DNA of 64,000 bases from contig JAVVXB010000010.1 in the NCBI GenBank assembly GCA_036651815.1, forward strand, positions 16,961-80,960. The letters run 5' to 3'. Positions 37,735 to 48,742 of the stretch are shown piece after piece. The notes beneath the pieces were generated by a model that ran no database searches, was not told the origin of the DNA, and worked only from the letters and a program-made list of their open reading frames with translations. Every line of letters starts with the position of its first letter. Position 1 is the first letter of the stretch. The stretch is from Clostridia bacterium (lineage in GTDB: Bacteria > Bacillota > Clostridia > Christensenellales > CAG-138). A program made the translations under genes and the position numbers.

Positions 37735-37770
37735 ACGACATTGTTTTCTGCCGTACATGAGCCTTTTTCA
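37728..37770 (+). terminator. Intrinsic terminator in the ATPase leader (riboswitch expression platform)
   Basis: A perfect 10-bp stem CTCATGTACG / CGTACATGAG with a 14-nt loop, followed by CCTTTTTC. The 5' arm overlaps the proposed P1 3' strand. Confidence 0.7.
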
Positions 37771-37816
37771 TACAGAAGAAAAAACTGGAATTGCCAGGAA
37801 AGGATGACTTATAACC

Positions 37817-40456
37817 ATGCAACATTATGTAAACAGCACCGATTCAGTCCTATCTGCCGTTGGTAGTAGCGGGCACGGTCTCACTGGCGAAGAAGCTGCA
37901 AAGCGTCTTGCACAGAATGGACAAAACAAACTTGACGAAGGCAAAAAAACATCTGTCCTCGTACGATTCTTCCAGCAGATGAAGGATCCGATGATTCTCA
38001 TCTTACTTGCCGCCGCCTTGGTCTCCGGCATAACAGCCGCCATTGAAGGTGAAAGCTTTGCGGATGTAATCATTATTCTATCCGTTGTCATCATCAACGC
38101 GGTGTTGGGCGTCGTTCAGGAAAGCAAAGCTGAAAAAGCCATCGAAGCGCTCCAAAAGATGTCCGCCGCTACCTGCCGAGTATTGAGGGATGGGCAGGTT
38201 TTACGAATCAAAAATGAAGATATTGTGGTTGGTGATGTGGTCTTGCTGGAAGCCGGCGATGCCATCCCTGCAGACGGCCGTGTTTTGGAAAGCATGAGCA
38301 TGCAGATTGAGGAGGCCGCCCTGACCGGCGAAAGCGTACCCGTCAACAAACATACCGAAGCGATCTCGCTTGGCGATGCCAAGGACGTCCCCCTTGGTGA
38401 TCGCAAAAATATGATCTATATGGGCAGCACCGTCGTCTATGGACGGGGTAAGGCGGTCATCACCGGCATAGGCATGCAAACCGAAATGGGCAAAATTGCA
38501 GATGCTCTCAGCAAAGCTGAGGATGGGCAGACGCCGCTACAAATCAAGCTTTCACAGCTCAGCAAAATTCTCACTTGGCTGGTGCTTGGCATCTGTGTCG
38601 TGATCTTTACCGTCAACTTGCTACGTTTCCGCGGCTCCGATGAAACCTATATTCTGGATTCATTTCTCATCGCCGTCAGCCTTGCAGTTGCAGCAATTCC
38701 AGAAGGACTGGCCGCTGTTGTCACCATCGTACTCAGCATTGGCGTAACCAATATGTCTAAACGCAATGCCATTATCCGCCGCTTGACCGCAGTAGAAACA
38801 CTGGGTTGCGCCCAGATTATCTGCTCGGATAAGACTGGCACCCTGACCCAGAACAAGATGACTGTGGTGGAAAGCTACGGTGAAGAGGTCCCGCTTCTGG
38901 CAACCGCGCTTGCGCTGTGCAGCGATGCTGAGCTAGAGAATGGCACCGCTGTTGGCGAACCGACCGAATGCGCCCTTGTCAACTTTGCCGCGAAGGTAGG
39001 TTTGCCAAAACCTACCTTGACGCTGGCTGCCCCACGCATCGGTGAAGCGCCATTTGATAGCATGCGCAAGATGATGTCAACCCTGCATCAGACCGACGGG
39101 AACGATATTGTGCAGTACACCAAGGGTGCGCCGGATGAAATTCTCAAGCTTTGTACCATGTACCGAAAAAATGGCGTTGCCGTTACCTTGACCGATGCGG
39201 TCAAGGACGAAATCCTGGCTGCAAACAAGGCCATGGCTGACAAAGCGCTGCGTGTGCTTGCCGCTTCGATGCGGTCCTACGATTCCCTGCCAAAGGATGA
39301 CTCTGCCGCTGCCTTGGAGCATGATCTTATCTTCATCGGTCTTGTCGGCATGATCGATCCGGTTCGTCCTGAAGTAACCGCGGCGATCAAGGAATGCCGC
39401 AGTGCCGGAATCCGTCCAATCATGATTACAGGCGACCACCGCGACACCGCGGTGGCCATCGCCAAAGAGCTTGGCATCATTCAAGATGCCTCCGAAGCCA
39501 TCACCGGCGCACAGCTCAACGAAATCTCCGACGAAATATTTGAGCAGACGGTTGGCAATTACAGCGTATATGCCCGCGTACAGCCGGAACATAAAGTTCG
39601 AATTGTCAATGCATGGCGCAAAAACGGTTTTGTCACCGCCATGACCGGCGATGGTGTCAATGACGCGCCAAGCATTAAGAGTGCAGACATTGGCGTTGGC
39701 ATGGGGATTACTGGTACGGACGTGACGAAAAATGTCGCGGATATGGTATTGGCTGATGATAACTTTGCCACCATCGTTGGCGCAGTTGAGGAGGGCAGGC
39801 GTATCTATGACAATATCCGCAAAGCCATCCAATTCCTGCTCTCATCCAACATGAGCGAAGTGATGTCCATCTTCATCGCGACGTTGATTGGTTTTGTGAT
39901 ACTTAAGCCGGTGCATCTCTTGTGGATCAATCTAATTACCGACTGTTTTCCAGCACTGGCGCTTGGAACGGAATCTGCCGAAGCCAACCTGATGGAACGT
40001 GCCCCGCGGCTAACAAAGGACGGTATATTCGCTGGCGGCGTCGGTTTTGACGTTGTGTATCAAGGTCTGCTCGTAACCATATTGACGCTAACGGCCTACT
40101 ACATTGGTCACTTTATGGAGTCCGGCATTTGGGAGTTCACCAACAGCGCGGACGGTATGACCATGGCCTTTTTGACCATGAGTATGGCGGAAATCTTCCA
40201 CAGCTTCAACATGCGTTCCCAGAGACAGAGTGTCTTTACGATGAAATCACAGAACAAGTATCTCTGGGGTGCCGCGATTCTGTCTCTGGTACTGACTACG
40301 GCAGTGCTGTATATTCCGTTCCTTGCAAATGCATTTGGGTTCGAGCATATCAGCATCGCAGAGTACGGCGTCGCCATGGTGCTCGCACTCTGCGTAATCC
40401 CGATTGTGGAGCTGGTTAAGTTGATCCAGCGATTCATTAAAAACCACAAATCTTGA
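37817..40456 (+). CDS. Cation-transporting P-type ATPase, type IIA (Ca2+/Mn2+ exporter-like)
   Basis: 879 aa. TGES, ICSDKTGTLTQN, TGDHRDTA, MTGDGVNDAPS. Ten TM helices, N-terminal cation-ATPase domain. Confidence 0.9.
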   Translation: MQHYVNSTDSVLSAVGSSGHGLTGEEAAKRLAQNGQNKLDEGKKTSVLVRFFQQMKDPMILILLAAALVSGITAAIEGESFADVIIILSVVIINAVLGVVQESKAEKAIEALQKMSAATCRVLRDGQVLRIKNEDIVVGDVVLLEAGDAIPADGRVLESMSMQIEEAALTGESVPVNKHTEAISLGDAKDVPLGDRKNMIYMGSTVVYGRGKAVITGIGMQTEMGKIADALSKAEDGQTPLQIKLSQLSKILTWLVLGICVVIFTVNLLRFRGSDETYILDSFLIAVSLAVAAIPEGLAAVVTIVLSIGVTNMSKRNAIIRRLTAVETLGCAQIICSDKTGTLTQNKMTVVESYGEEVPLLATALALCSDAELENGTAVGEPTECALVNFAAKVGLPKPTLTLAAPRIGEAPFDSMRKMMSTLHQTDGNDIVQYTKGAPDEILKLCTMYRKNGVAVTLTDAVKDEILAANKAMADKALRVLAASMRSYDSLPKDDSAAALEHDLIFIGLVGMIDPVRPEVTAAIKECRSAGIRPIMITGDHRDTAVAIAKELGIIQDASEAITGAQLNEISDEIFEQTVGNYSVYARVQPEHKVRIVNAWRKNGFVTAMTGDGVNDAPSIKSADIGVGMGITGTDVTKNVADMVLADDNFATIVGAVEEGRRIYDNIRKAIQFLLSSNMSEVMSIFIATLIGFVILKPVHLLWINLITDCFPALALGTESAEANLMERAPRLTKDGIFAGGVGFDVVYQGLLVTILTLTAYYIGHFMESGIWEFTNSADGMTMAFLTMSMAEIFHSFNMRSQRQSVFTMKSQNKYLWGAAILSLVLTTAVLYIPFLANAFGFEHISIAEYGVAMVLALCVIPIVELVKLIQRFIKNHKS

Positions 40457-40476
40457 CGTAAATTACCTTGGTTGCT

Positions 40477-40515
40477 ACAGGGACGCGGCTTATCAGCTGC
40501 GTCCCTGTTTATTTC
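40477..40515 (+). terminator. Intrinsic terminator after the ATPase gene
   Basis: CAGGGACGC-N12-GCGTCCCTG followed by TTTATTTCG. Confidence 0.7.
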
Positions 40516-40609
40516 GTCGAAACAGGCGCTGTTTTTACAGTTCGTTTATTTTTATTTCGTGAGCGGCGTGTTATAATGAAGTGAAAATAAATGGAGGTAT
40601 AATCCAATT

Positions 40610-42032
40610 ATGGAACGTTATATGGATGAATCTTGGCGGCAGTCTATGCGGTTGCATGTTGACTTTAACAATATGATGTCCGATCAGCTTGGCAACCGTG
40701 GTTTATATAAGCGTGAAATTGATGCCATACAAGGCAAGATGGATGCAGCTGTGATCAGCATGAAACAAAAGAGAGGTCAGATGCGCTGGCGTGAACTTCC
40801 CTACAATCAGGAAGACGTCGTACGGGATATTTTAGAAACCGCTACGGACATTCGAGAGCGTTTTGATAATTTTGTAGTATTCGGCATCGGTGGCAGCGCG
40901 CTAGGTCCCATCGCAGCAAGCCCTCAATCATCTGCGCTACAACGATTTGCCTGCCGATCGACGTGGCGGTCCACGCTTGTTCGTGGAAGATAACATCGAC
41001 CCTGAGCGTATGCGAGCTTTGCTGGATGTCATTGATATTGATCGGACGGCGTTCAATGTCATCAGTAAATCCGGTGGCACTTCGGAGACCATGTCCCAGC
41101 TGTTGATTATCTCATCTTTGCTGCATGAACGTCTTGGTAAGGATATCAGCACGCATTTGTTTGCAACCACCGATATCGACAAAGGACATTTGCTCAAGAT
41201 TGCAGAAATGGAAAACCTCAAAACCTTCGTCATTCCGGATGGCGTAGGCGGTCGATTCTCAGAGCTTTGCCCCGTTGGCTTGTTGGCGGCCGCCGTGTGC
41301 GGTATCGATATTCGCGAACTGCTTGCGGGCGCGGCATTTATGGATGGTCTCTGCGATCAGCAGCGCGATGTTTGGAAAAACCCGGCCTATATGATGGCCA
41401 CTCTTCAGTACGTTGCCATGCAACGCGGCTGCAATATTGGGGTACTCATGCCCTATGCGGATTCTCTCAAATACATGTCCGACTGGTATGCACAGCTCTG
41501 GGCGGAATCACTCGGTAAACGCACGGATCTGAATGGTCATGTTGTCAACGCCGGACAAACGCCTGTTAAATCACTGGGCGTTACGGATCAGCATTCTCAG
41601 GTACAGCTCTATACAGAAGGTCCGTTCGACAAAGTCATCACCTTCCTAAGCGTAAATCGTTTTCGTGTTGAAACCATGATCAGCGACGGCTATTTTGATG
41701 TACCTGATGTATCCTTTCTCTGCGGTCACACACAAAACGAACTAATTGCTGCGGAGCTACGTGCAACAGAGTATGCGGTTGCTAAGAGTGGGCATCTCAA
41801 TAACACGATCATCATGCCGGAGGTCAACGCTTTCACAGTTGGCGAACTGCTCTTATTCTTCGAACTGTCAACCGCGTTTACCGGAGAGTTGCTTGAGATC
41901 AACGCCTTTGATCAGCCAGGCGTAGAAGCCGGTAAGCAGGCAGCATATGCGTTGCTTGGACGTCGTGGATTTGATGAAAAGCGCAAGGAACTCGCTGCTA
42001 TACCGTCTAAGAACGAAAAATATATTATTTAA
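40610..42032 (+). pseudogene. pgi: Glucose-6-phosphate isomerase, frameshifted
   Basis: ORF 40610..40993 ends ...FGIGGSALGPIAA, then turns to nonsense. A second frame reads QALNHLRYNDLPADRRGGPRLFVEDNIDPER... and continues as ORF 40947..42032 (SKSGGTSET, etc.). The frame change lies near 40905-40950. Confidence 0.8.
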
Positions 42033-43051
42033 TGATGGAACGTATTCGAAATTTAACCGTCCGGGATATTCCGGAAGCACGTGAACTATGGGCGTCGTGC
42101 TTTGATGACTCGTCCGCTTTTATGGATTGGTTTTTTCAATGCCGCTATCGTCCGGAATTCTCGCTTGCCCTTGAGATCGATGAAAAGATCGTCTGTATTG
42201 CGCACGGATGTCCTATGAAGGTGCGAATTCGCCAGGCTATTCTGCCTGCTTTGATGATCTGTGGCGTTGCCACGCGCACGGAATTCCGCGGCCACGGCTA
42301 TATGCACCGTATCATGGCTGCACTCGTAGCGCTCAGCCGTGACAATGATATCCCGGTGGTATTTCATAGTCCAGCCAAGCTAAATACCTATTTTTCCATC
42401 GGCCATCTGCCCTGTACTGATACGCTACGGTGGATTGCGCCGCAAGATGCAGCCGTTTCAGAACCTTTGTGGTCGGAAATTCCAGACCTTACGGCTTTGG
42501 TCGATTGCTACAATGCCGCCACGTTGCACTATTCAGGCAGTACGGTACGCAGCCAGTATGACATGCAGCTCAAGCTTGACGACTATCGATCCGATGGTGC
42601 CCATTGCCTCACCGCATGGCAGCACGATCGTCTCGATGGCTATTTGATTGCGTGTCCCTCCGAACAGTCAGGGGCATGGACTGCGCCGGAAGTAATTGCA
42701 CGCAATCCTGCTGTCTATCAGACGTTACTGAAGCAACTGCCCATTGGTTCCTCCGCCAAGTTGCCACCTGATCTCCAATTGCCTGGTATCATCGAACCAC
42801 AGGGCGTAATGGGCGTTGCGAGTGCCTCCGCGCTGCTCCGCGCCGTCTGCGGAGATCCAGCGCTCACTTTTGCAGTTGCGGATCCTCTTCTCTCATCCAA
42901 TAACGGCGTATTTGATGGCCGTGGCCGACCCGTTTCCCGTACTGCGCAGTATTCACTCTCTGCTGGCGAGCTGTTGCAGATGCTGTCCGGCTACACCGGA
43001 TCAGATTCACATTTTCCAAAGTGTGTATGTTTCTGTGTCGATGAATACTAA
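42032..43051 (+). CDS. GNAT family N-acetyltransferase with a C-terminal extension (Eis-like architecture)
   Basis: 339 aa. ...LMICGVATRTEFRGHGYMHRIMAALV is the acetyl-CoA binding Q/RxxGxG/A motif region. Its start overlaps the pgi stop. Confidence 0.65.
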   Translation: MMERIRNLTVRDIPEARELWASCFDDSSAFMDWFFQCRYRPEFSLALEIDEKIVCIAHGCPMKVRIRQAILPALMICGVATRTEFRGHGYMHRIMAALVALSRDNDIPVVFHSPAKLNTYFSIGHLPCTDTLRWIAPQDAAVSEPLWSEIPDLTALVDCYNAATLHYSGSTVRSQYDMQLKLDDYRSDGAHCLTAWQHDRLDGYLIACPSEQSGAWTAPEVIARNPAVYQTLLKQLPIGSSAKLPPDLQLPGIIEPQGVMGVASASALLRAVCGDPALTFAVADPLLSSNNGVFDGRGRPVSRTAQYSLSAGELLQMLSGYTGSDSHFPKCVCFCVDEY

Positions 43052-44023
43052 GTTTTGAGCATATGTACCATAACCGATCTCTGCCAATTTCTCATTCTGA
43101 TTCGCACTATCCAATCCGTATTGAATTCCGTCAGTTTTTGGCTGGGCGCCAATAGTTGGAGTAGCGCAAACCAGAAATAACAATGCCGCATCCATTATAA
43201 AATGGATGCCCGCTTTCCCAAATTGAAGGGTCACCGTATGTTGCAATGATCGTTGTAGTAGTTGCTATGGCCATAACAATACGTTTGCGTCCCTTGATTG
43301 TGTTGTTGATCTTACGGTAAATCTACCAAGTAAGGACAATCAGTGGCATTAAAAATATTAGGCCCCCAAATTTTCAGCATGGTTATCTTTGAAACTCAGA
43401 AATGTCGACAATAAAGACAGGTACACGAAGACATTGTTTGGTAACATTGGCGTTGGGCGAGCCGGCAACAGGCGAATGTTTTTCCCAGATGACCAATCTC
43501 TGGCTGATTACGATCTATGCAAAGCATGCGATTCACCTGCTTGATTCTGCCCGGAGTGAAATTTTTTCATGCTCTTAACCTACGTTTTTCGGATGTGCCT
43601 AAAGTATTTGCAGTGCCCACGCAGAAGTTTCTTTTGCATCCGCTTATGTACGTTCTCCAGTACCCAGGTTCAATAACGAACCACCTGAAATCAGTCGATT
43701 AAGCCGATTGTTGCAGGGAAAATGCGCTTCCTGGCTATCTTCGCTGCTATGCTATGCAGTTTTTACAAGAAATAGCAGTGGCGTATCCGCGCTTTTGGAC
43801 TTACCCATCACCAGTTGTGTCTGTAGCGCCGGGATTTTCAGCTGATATCCGCATAAAAATTTTGAAATCACCCGATATTCGTCCCTGAGATCAATCATCC
43901 TCTATCTTCCCTCATATTCAGATTTTAAAACAGTCCGAATCGATTACCATTAATCAATTTTACTGTCAGTTTTATTAGATAGGTGGAAATACTAAGCAAT
44001 TATGAGGATAAGGAGACACGAAA

Positions 44024-46252
44024 TTGACCATTACAGAATATAAAATTTCCGGCATGCACTGCGCAGCCTGCGCAGCCGCCGTTGAGCGTACTACAAAACG
44101 TGTTGCAGGCGTGGAATCAAGTAGCATCAATCTTGCCACCGAGCATCTGCGCATACGAGGTGAAGCCGTCGCTGTGGAGAATATCCTGCGGGCGGTTGAG
44201 AAAGCGGGGTTTTCCGCTTCCTTGATTACGGATGCGGCCAGTCAGGTTACGAAGGATCGTTTGGAACGCCAAGCATCCCTGCGGGTGCAGCAGCGCCGCG
44301 CCGTTGTCGCCATCGTGTTTGCCATCCCGTTGTTCTATCTTGCCATGGGTCCGATGATCGGTCTTCCCTCGCCTATTTCGATGCACACTCAGCCTCTTGC
44401 CTATGCATTGATGCAGGTTCTTCTGCTCCTCCCCATCCTGATTGCAGGCAGACAATTTTATACTGTGGGCTTTTCTGCACTCATCAAGCTCCATCCCAAC
44501 ATGGATACGCTGATTGCGGTTGGAACACTATCTGCCATCATCTTTTCGCTCTTTTCACTCTTACGGATTATACGCGGTAACGCTTCTGCGGTACACGACA
44601 TGTACTGGGAATCAGCCGGCGTAATCATCGCCCTCGTGATGCTCGGAAAACTTTTTGAAGCCCGTAGTAAACGGAAGACCGGTGATGCCGTGGAGCGCAT
44701 GATGCGGCTCGCGCCCGAAAACGCATCCGTCCTAGACGAAGACGGTGACATGCACACCATGCCCGTATCCCAACTCATGGCAGGTGATCGGATTTTGGTA
44801 CGCCCCGGCGAACGTATCCCTGTGGATGGTCGCCTGGACAATGGCGTAGCGCAAATAGACGAATCCATGTTGACTGGTGAAAGCATGCCGGTTGATAAAA
44901 ACGTTGGCGACCCCGTTACCGGCGGCAGCATCAACGGCAATACTTCCTTTACATTTCTTGCGGAACGCGTTGGCAGTGAAACCACGCTCTCTGGTATGAT
45001 TCGTCTCGTGGAGGAAGCGCAGGGTACAAAAGCCCCCGTTTCCCGCCTAGCCGATAAAATTGCCGGTGTTTTCGTGCCCGTGGTCATTGGCATCGCAATT
45101 CTATCCGCTGCCATTTGGGCCATTGCTGGCCAAAACATTGGTTTTGTGTTGACAGTGTTCGTCTCCGTGCTTGTCATCGCCTGTCCCTGTGCGCTGGGTC
45201 TTGCCACGCCAACGGCGATCATGGTTGGTACTGGTGTTGCCGCTGAGCATGGCATCCTCATCAAAAGTGGTGAAGCGTTGGAGACGATCCACAGTCTCAG
45301 GATTATTGCCTTTGATAAAACCGGCACGCTCACCGTGGGCAAGCCTTCCGTAACGAACATTCTGCCGTATCAAACGGACGAAACATCTCTGCTAACGCTG
45401 TTTGCCTCCGGCGAAACCAGCAGTGAGCATCCCATCGGCCGGGCAATTGTCGCTTACGCCACAGATCACGCCATTTCCCTGCTGCCTGCCAGTGACTTCG
45501 CCGCCATCGCCGGCTTTGGCGCATCTGCTAGGGTGGACGGAAAACGATTGATGATGGGTAATGCTGCATTTCTTGGAGATGCTGCCAACGAGATCCCCGT
45601 GTACGCGCTGGCGCTGGCCAACGAAGGAAAAACCACCGTGCATCTTTCGGTAGAAGGGCATTACCAAGGTACCATTGCCGTGGCAGACACCATCAAACCA
45701 GATGCGGCAGATGCGGTGGCACGTCTGCACCATGCAGGCATACAGACCGTACTGATCACCGGCGACAACGTACAGACCGCAAATGCCATCGCCGCGCTTG
45801 CAGGCATTGGCTGCGTGGTTGCTGAGGTTGCGCCGGATCGAAAAGCCGCTGAAATTCAGCAATTGCAAAATGCATATGGTAAGGTTGGTATGGTGGGTGA
45901 TGGCATTAACGACGCCCCGGCCCTCGCAACAGCTGATGTTGGCTTTGCCATTGGTGCGGGTACGGATGTGGCGTTGGAAAGTGCCGATGTGGTCCTCATG
46001 CAAGATTCTCTACGCAGAGTCAACGATGCCGTGATCATCAGTGTGCTCAGTATGCGTATCATCCGGCAGAACCTCTTTTGGGCGTTTTTTTACAACTGCA
46101 TCGGCATTCCGATTGCGGCAGGCTTGCTGCATGCTTTCGGCGGTCCACTGCTCTCCCCCATGATTGCTGCGCTGGCAATGAGCCTATCGTCCGTCACAGT
46201 CGTTATGAATGCCCTGCGCCTCAAACCGCTGTGTGTACAAAACCTGAAATAA
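44024..46252 (+). CDS. copA: Copper-translocating P1B-type ATPase
   Basis: TTG start after AAGGAG. HMA domain [16 protein letters not shown], the CPC motif ([11 protein letters not shown]), [17 protein letters not shown]. Confidence 0.9.
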   Translation: MTITEYKISGMHCAACAAAVERTTKRVAGVESSSINLATEHLRIRGEAVAVENILRAVEKAGFSASLITDAASQVTKDRLERQASLRVQQRRAVVAIVFAIPLFYLAMGPMIGLPSPISMHTQPLAYALMQVLLLLPILIAGRQFYTVGFSALIKLHPNMDTLIAVGTLSAIIFSLFSLLRIIRGNASAVHDMYWESAGVIIALVMLGKLFEARSKRKTGDAVERMMRLAPENASVLDEDGDMHTMPVSQLMAGDRILVRPGERIPVDGRLDNGVAQIDESMLTGESMPVDKNVGDPVTGGSINGNTSFTFLAERVGSETTLSGMIRLVEEAQGTKAPVSRLADKIAGVFVPVVIGIAILSAAIWAIAGQNIGFVLTVFVSVLVIACPCALGLATPTAIMVGTGVAAEHGILIKSGEALETIHSLRIIAFDKTGTLTVGKPSVTNILPYQTDETSLLTLFASGETSSEHPIGRAIVAYATDHAISLLPASDFAAIAGFGASARVDGKRLMMGNAAFLGDAANEIPVYALALANEGKTTVHLSVEGHYQGTIAVADTIKPDAADAVARLHHAGIQTVLITGDNVQTANAIAALAGIGCVVAEVAPDRKAAEIQQLQNAYGKVGMVGDGINDAPALATADVGFAIGAGTDVALESADVVLMQDSLRRVNDAVIISVLSMRIIRQNLFWAFFYNCIGIPIAAGLLHAFGGPLLSPMIAALAMSLSSVTVVMNALRLKPLCVQNLK

Positions 46253-46259
46253 GTTTTTC

Positions 46260-46288
46260 TTGCATTTAGCTGTATCCTATGCTAAAAT
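46260..46288 (+). promoter_or_regulatory. Promoter of rpsT
   Basis: TTGCAT-17 nt-TAAAAT with TGc extended -10. Confidence 0.6.
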
Positions 46289-46340
46289 ATCCTCTGTTCG
46301 GGTGAATTTTTTAAAGTATGACACACAGGGGGTGAAAACT

Positions 46341-46604
46341 TTGGCAAATATTAAATCTGCTATTAAGCGGGTGGGCGTAACCGAGAAGCAGAATCTTTGT
46401 AACCGTATGGCGAAATCCGAGATGAGAACAACCATTCGTCGTTTTGAGGATGCTCTGAAATCAGGCGATTCCGTCTGTGCTGATCAGGCATTTATAACGG
46501 CCGTCAGTACGGTCGATCATGCGGCAACCGTTGGCGTGATTCATAAGAATGCTGCCAACCGCAAAAAAGCGCAGTTGGCAAAGAAGCGCACCGCTGCGCA
46601 ATAA
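46341..46604 (+). CDS. rpsT: 30S ribosomal protein S20
   Basis: TTG start after AGGGGG. (M)ANIKSAIKRVGVTEKQNLCNRMAKSEMRTTIRRFE...HKNAANRKKAQLAKK. The longer ORF-track version (from 46260) is an upstream extension. Confidence 0.9.
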   Translation: MANIKSAIKRVGVTEKQNLCNRMAKSEMRTTIRRFEDALKSGDSVCADQAFITAVSTVDHAATVGVIHKNAANRKKAQLAKKRTAAQ

Positions 46605-46730
46605 ACGCATTCCTCTTATTTTTACGAAGAGCAGGCGGTTCCTTTGAGCTGTCTGTTTTTTTCTTTTTTTGTTTTATTACGTGAACGCTTTTACGACAAA
46701 CAACTCAACACTGAATCGAGGAACTCCATT

Positions 46731-47033
46731 ATGGAAGAGTATACCCCAAGGCTACAATCCGCAGAAGTTGACGATGTACTGCGCACCATTTTAAAGTTAC
46801 ACGACCTGTCGGAATGTTATCGATTTTTTGAAGATATCTGTACCGTTGCAGAGTTGCAATCCATCGCCCAACGCTGGGAAGTGGCAAAGCAATTGGATGC
46901 AGGCATCACCTACCAAGATATTTCCCACTCGTTGAATGCATCGACAGCAACCATTAGTCGTGTCAACCGGTCTCTCGCCTACGGTTCCGGTGGATATCGG
47001 CTGATGCTCGACCGCATCAACAACGAGGGCTAG
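46731..47033 (+). CDS. YerC/YecD family TrpR-like protein
   Basis: ORF trimmed to MEEYTPRLQSAEVDDVLRTIL...FFEDICTVAELQSIAQRWEVAKQL..GITYQDISHSLNASTATISRVNRSLAYGSGGY. Confidence 0.75.
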   Translation: MEEYTPRLQSAEVDDVLRTILKLHDLSECYRFFEDICTVAELQSIAQRWEVAKQLDAGITYQDISHSLNASTATISRVNRSLAYGSGGYRLMLDRINNEG

Positions 47034-47038
47034 CGCTT

Positions 47039-48742
47039 ATGGCAATGGACGGACTGGCTCTCCGGGCGATTGTTGCGGAGCTGCAGCCGCTGGTAAACGG
47101 CAAGATTGATAAGATTCAGCAGCCTGAGAAAGACCTGCTGTTGTTCACCGTGCGTAGCGAACGCAGCAATGTCAAACTGCTCATTCATACTCATGCCGAA
47201 AACGGACGCATACAACTGACCGGCCAGTCTTTTGACAATCCGCTGACCGCGCCTGCTTTTTGCATGTTGCTGCGCCGGCATCTACTTGGCGGCCGCATCG
47301 CATCCATCACGCAAGAAGGACCGGATCGCATCTGCACGTTGTCCGTTTCTGCCCGCAACGAGTTGATGGACAATGTACAGCTCCGGCTTGTAATCGAGCT
47401 GATGGGCAAACACGCCAATGTCATTCTTGTCGATGGAAACGGCGTTATTTTAGATTGTCTCAGGCATATCTCTCCTTCCGAAACAACGCTGCGCGTACTG
47501 TTGCCTGGTTTTTCCTATCAACCTGCACCCGTTCAGCCGAAGAAGAATCCGTTTACCGCTTCTGAGATGGATTTTACAGAGGTATTTTCCACAGAAGGTT
47601 CCCCGATTCGCACACTGACAGATCAGTTTGAAGGAATCAGCAAGTCCAGCGCAACCATGCTTCTGGATTGTTGTAGGGACGCACCCGCTCTCTGCCGTCT
47701 ATTTGCGCAGTTTTCATGCGGCATGTTTTCTCCTGTGGTGCTGTATAACGATCTTTCCGAGCCAATTACCGTGCTGCCCTTTGTACCGGTGGCCTCATTA
47801 TCGACGGTTTGTATGCCTGCTGCCAGTATGTCGGAAGCCCTGGATCGTTTCTATATGGAACGTGATGCCACCGTACGCACCCGCAGACACGGATCAACGC
47901 TCAAGCGTACGGTGGAAAATGCGCTTGCCCGCGCGGAGCACAAGTACGTTTCCTTCCAAGAAGCGCTCACAAACGACGTCAAACTCGATTCCCTGCGTTT
48001 AAGTGGGGAACTGATTCTTGCCAACCTGCATGCTGCAAAGCCTGGCATGGCGCAGCTCGTTGCGCAAGATTACTATGCGGATCCGCCTGTGCCATGCATC
48101 ATTGCTTTGGATGCTTCCATCAGTCCGCAGGAGAACGCCACCCGCTATTTTAAGCAATACCGCAAAGGCAAACTTGCCCGCGACTATGCGGCAGGTCAGG
48201 TGGAACTTGTAAAAAGTGAGATGCAATATCTCTCCAGCCTGCTCATCAGCATCGAGAACAGTGACACGTTGGCAGAGCTGGATGAAATCCGCGAAGAATT
48301 AGTTGCACAAAAATATTTGAAACCCAGTAAAAAAGGCGGCAGAAAACAGTTTTCCCAGCAATCCAAGCCACTGTGCTACATATCCTCCGACGGAATCCTG
48401 CTTTACGTAGGTAAAAACAACCTTCAAAACGATCGGCTAACCTTGAAAACCGCCCAACCGGACAATTTTTGGCTGCACGCAAAAGGCATGCCCGGTTCGC
48501 ACGTAATCATCGACTTCGATGGTTTACCGCCGGAACAGACTCTGCTGGAAGCCGCAATGTTGGCTGCATTTTATTCCTCCGGCAAGACGGCGACCACGGT
48601 ACCTATCGACTACACACCACGTAAATATCTCAAAAAGCCATCCGGAGCACGCCCCGGAATGGTTGTATACTCAACCAATAAAACGCTCTTTGTCACACCC
48701 GACGCAAAAAGCATCAGCCAACTGAAGCAGCAGGGTTCTTAA
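47039..48742 (+). CDS. rqcH: Ribosome quality-control factor RqcH (NFACT / FbpA family)
   Basis: 567 aa. MAMDGLALRAIVAELQPLVNGKIDKIQQP..DLLLFTV and a C-terminal NFACT-R block (WLHAKGMPGSHVII). Confidence 0.85.
   Translation: MAMDGLALRAIVAELQPLVNGKIDKIQQPEKDLLLFTVRSERSNVKLLIHTHAENGRIQLTGQSFDNPLTAPAFCMLLRRHLLGGRIASITQEGPDRICTLSVSARNELMDNVQLRLVIELMGKHANVILVDGNGVILDCLRHISPSETTLRVLLPGFSYQPAPVQPKKNPFTASEMDFTEVFSTEGSPIRTLTDQFEGISKSSATMLLDCCRDAPALCRLFAQFSCGMFSPVVLYNDLSEPITVLPFVPVASLSTVCMPAASMSEALDRFYMERDATVRTRRHGSTLKRTVENALARAEHKYVSFQEALTNDVKLDSLRLSGELILANLHAAKPGMAQLVAQDYYADPPVPCIIALDASISPQENATRYFKQYRKGKLARDYAAGQVELVKSEMQYLSSLLISIENSDTLAELDEIREELVAQKYLKPSKKGGRKQFSQQSKPLCYISSDGILLYVGKNNLQNDRLTLKTAQPDNFWLHAKGMPGSHVIIDFDGLPPEQTLLEAAMLAAFYSSGKTATTVPIDYTPRKYLKKPSGARPGMVVYSTNKTLFVTPDAKSISQLKQQGS

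Noticed and set aside
43007-43246. A 79-aa minus-strand ORF with a lipoprotein-like start (MDAALLFLVCATPT...) overlaps the 3' end of the GNAT gene.
   Set aside because: It is short, has no RBS that I could see, overlaps a better-supported convergent gene by 45 nt, and is not independently supported. I left it uncalled.
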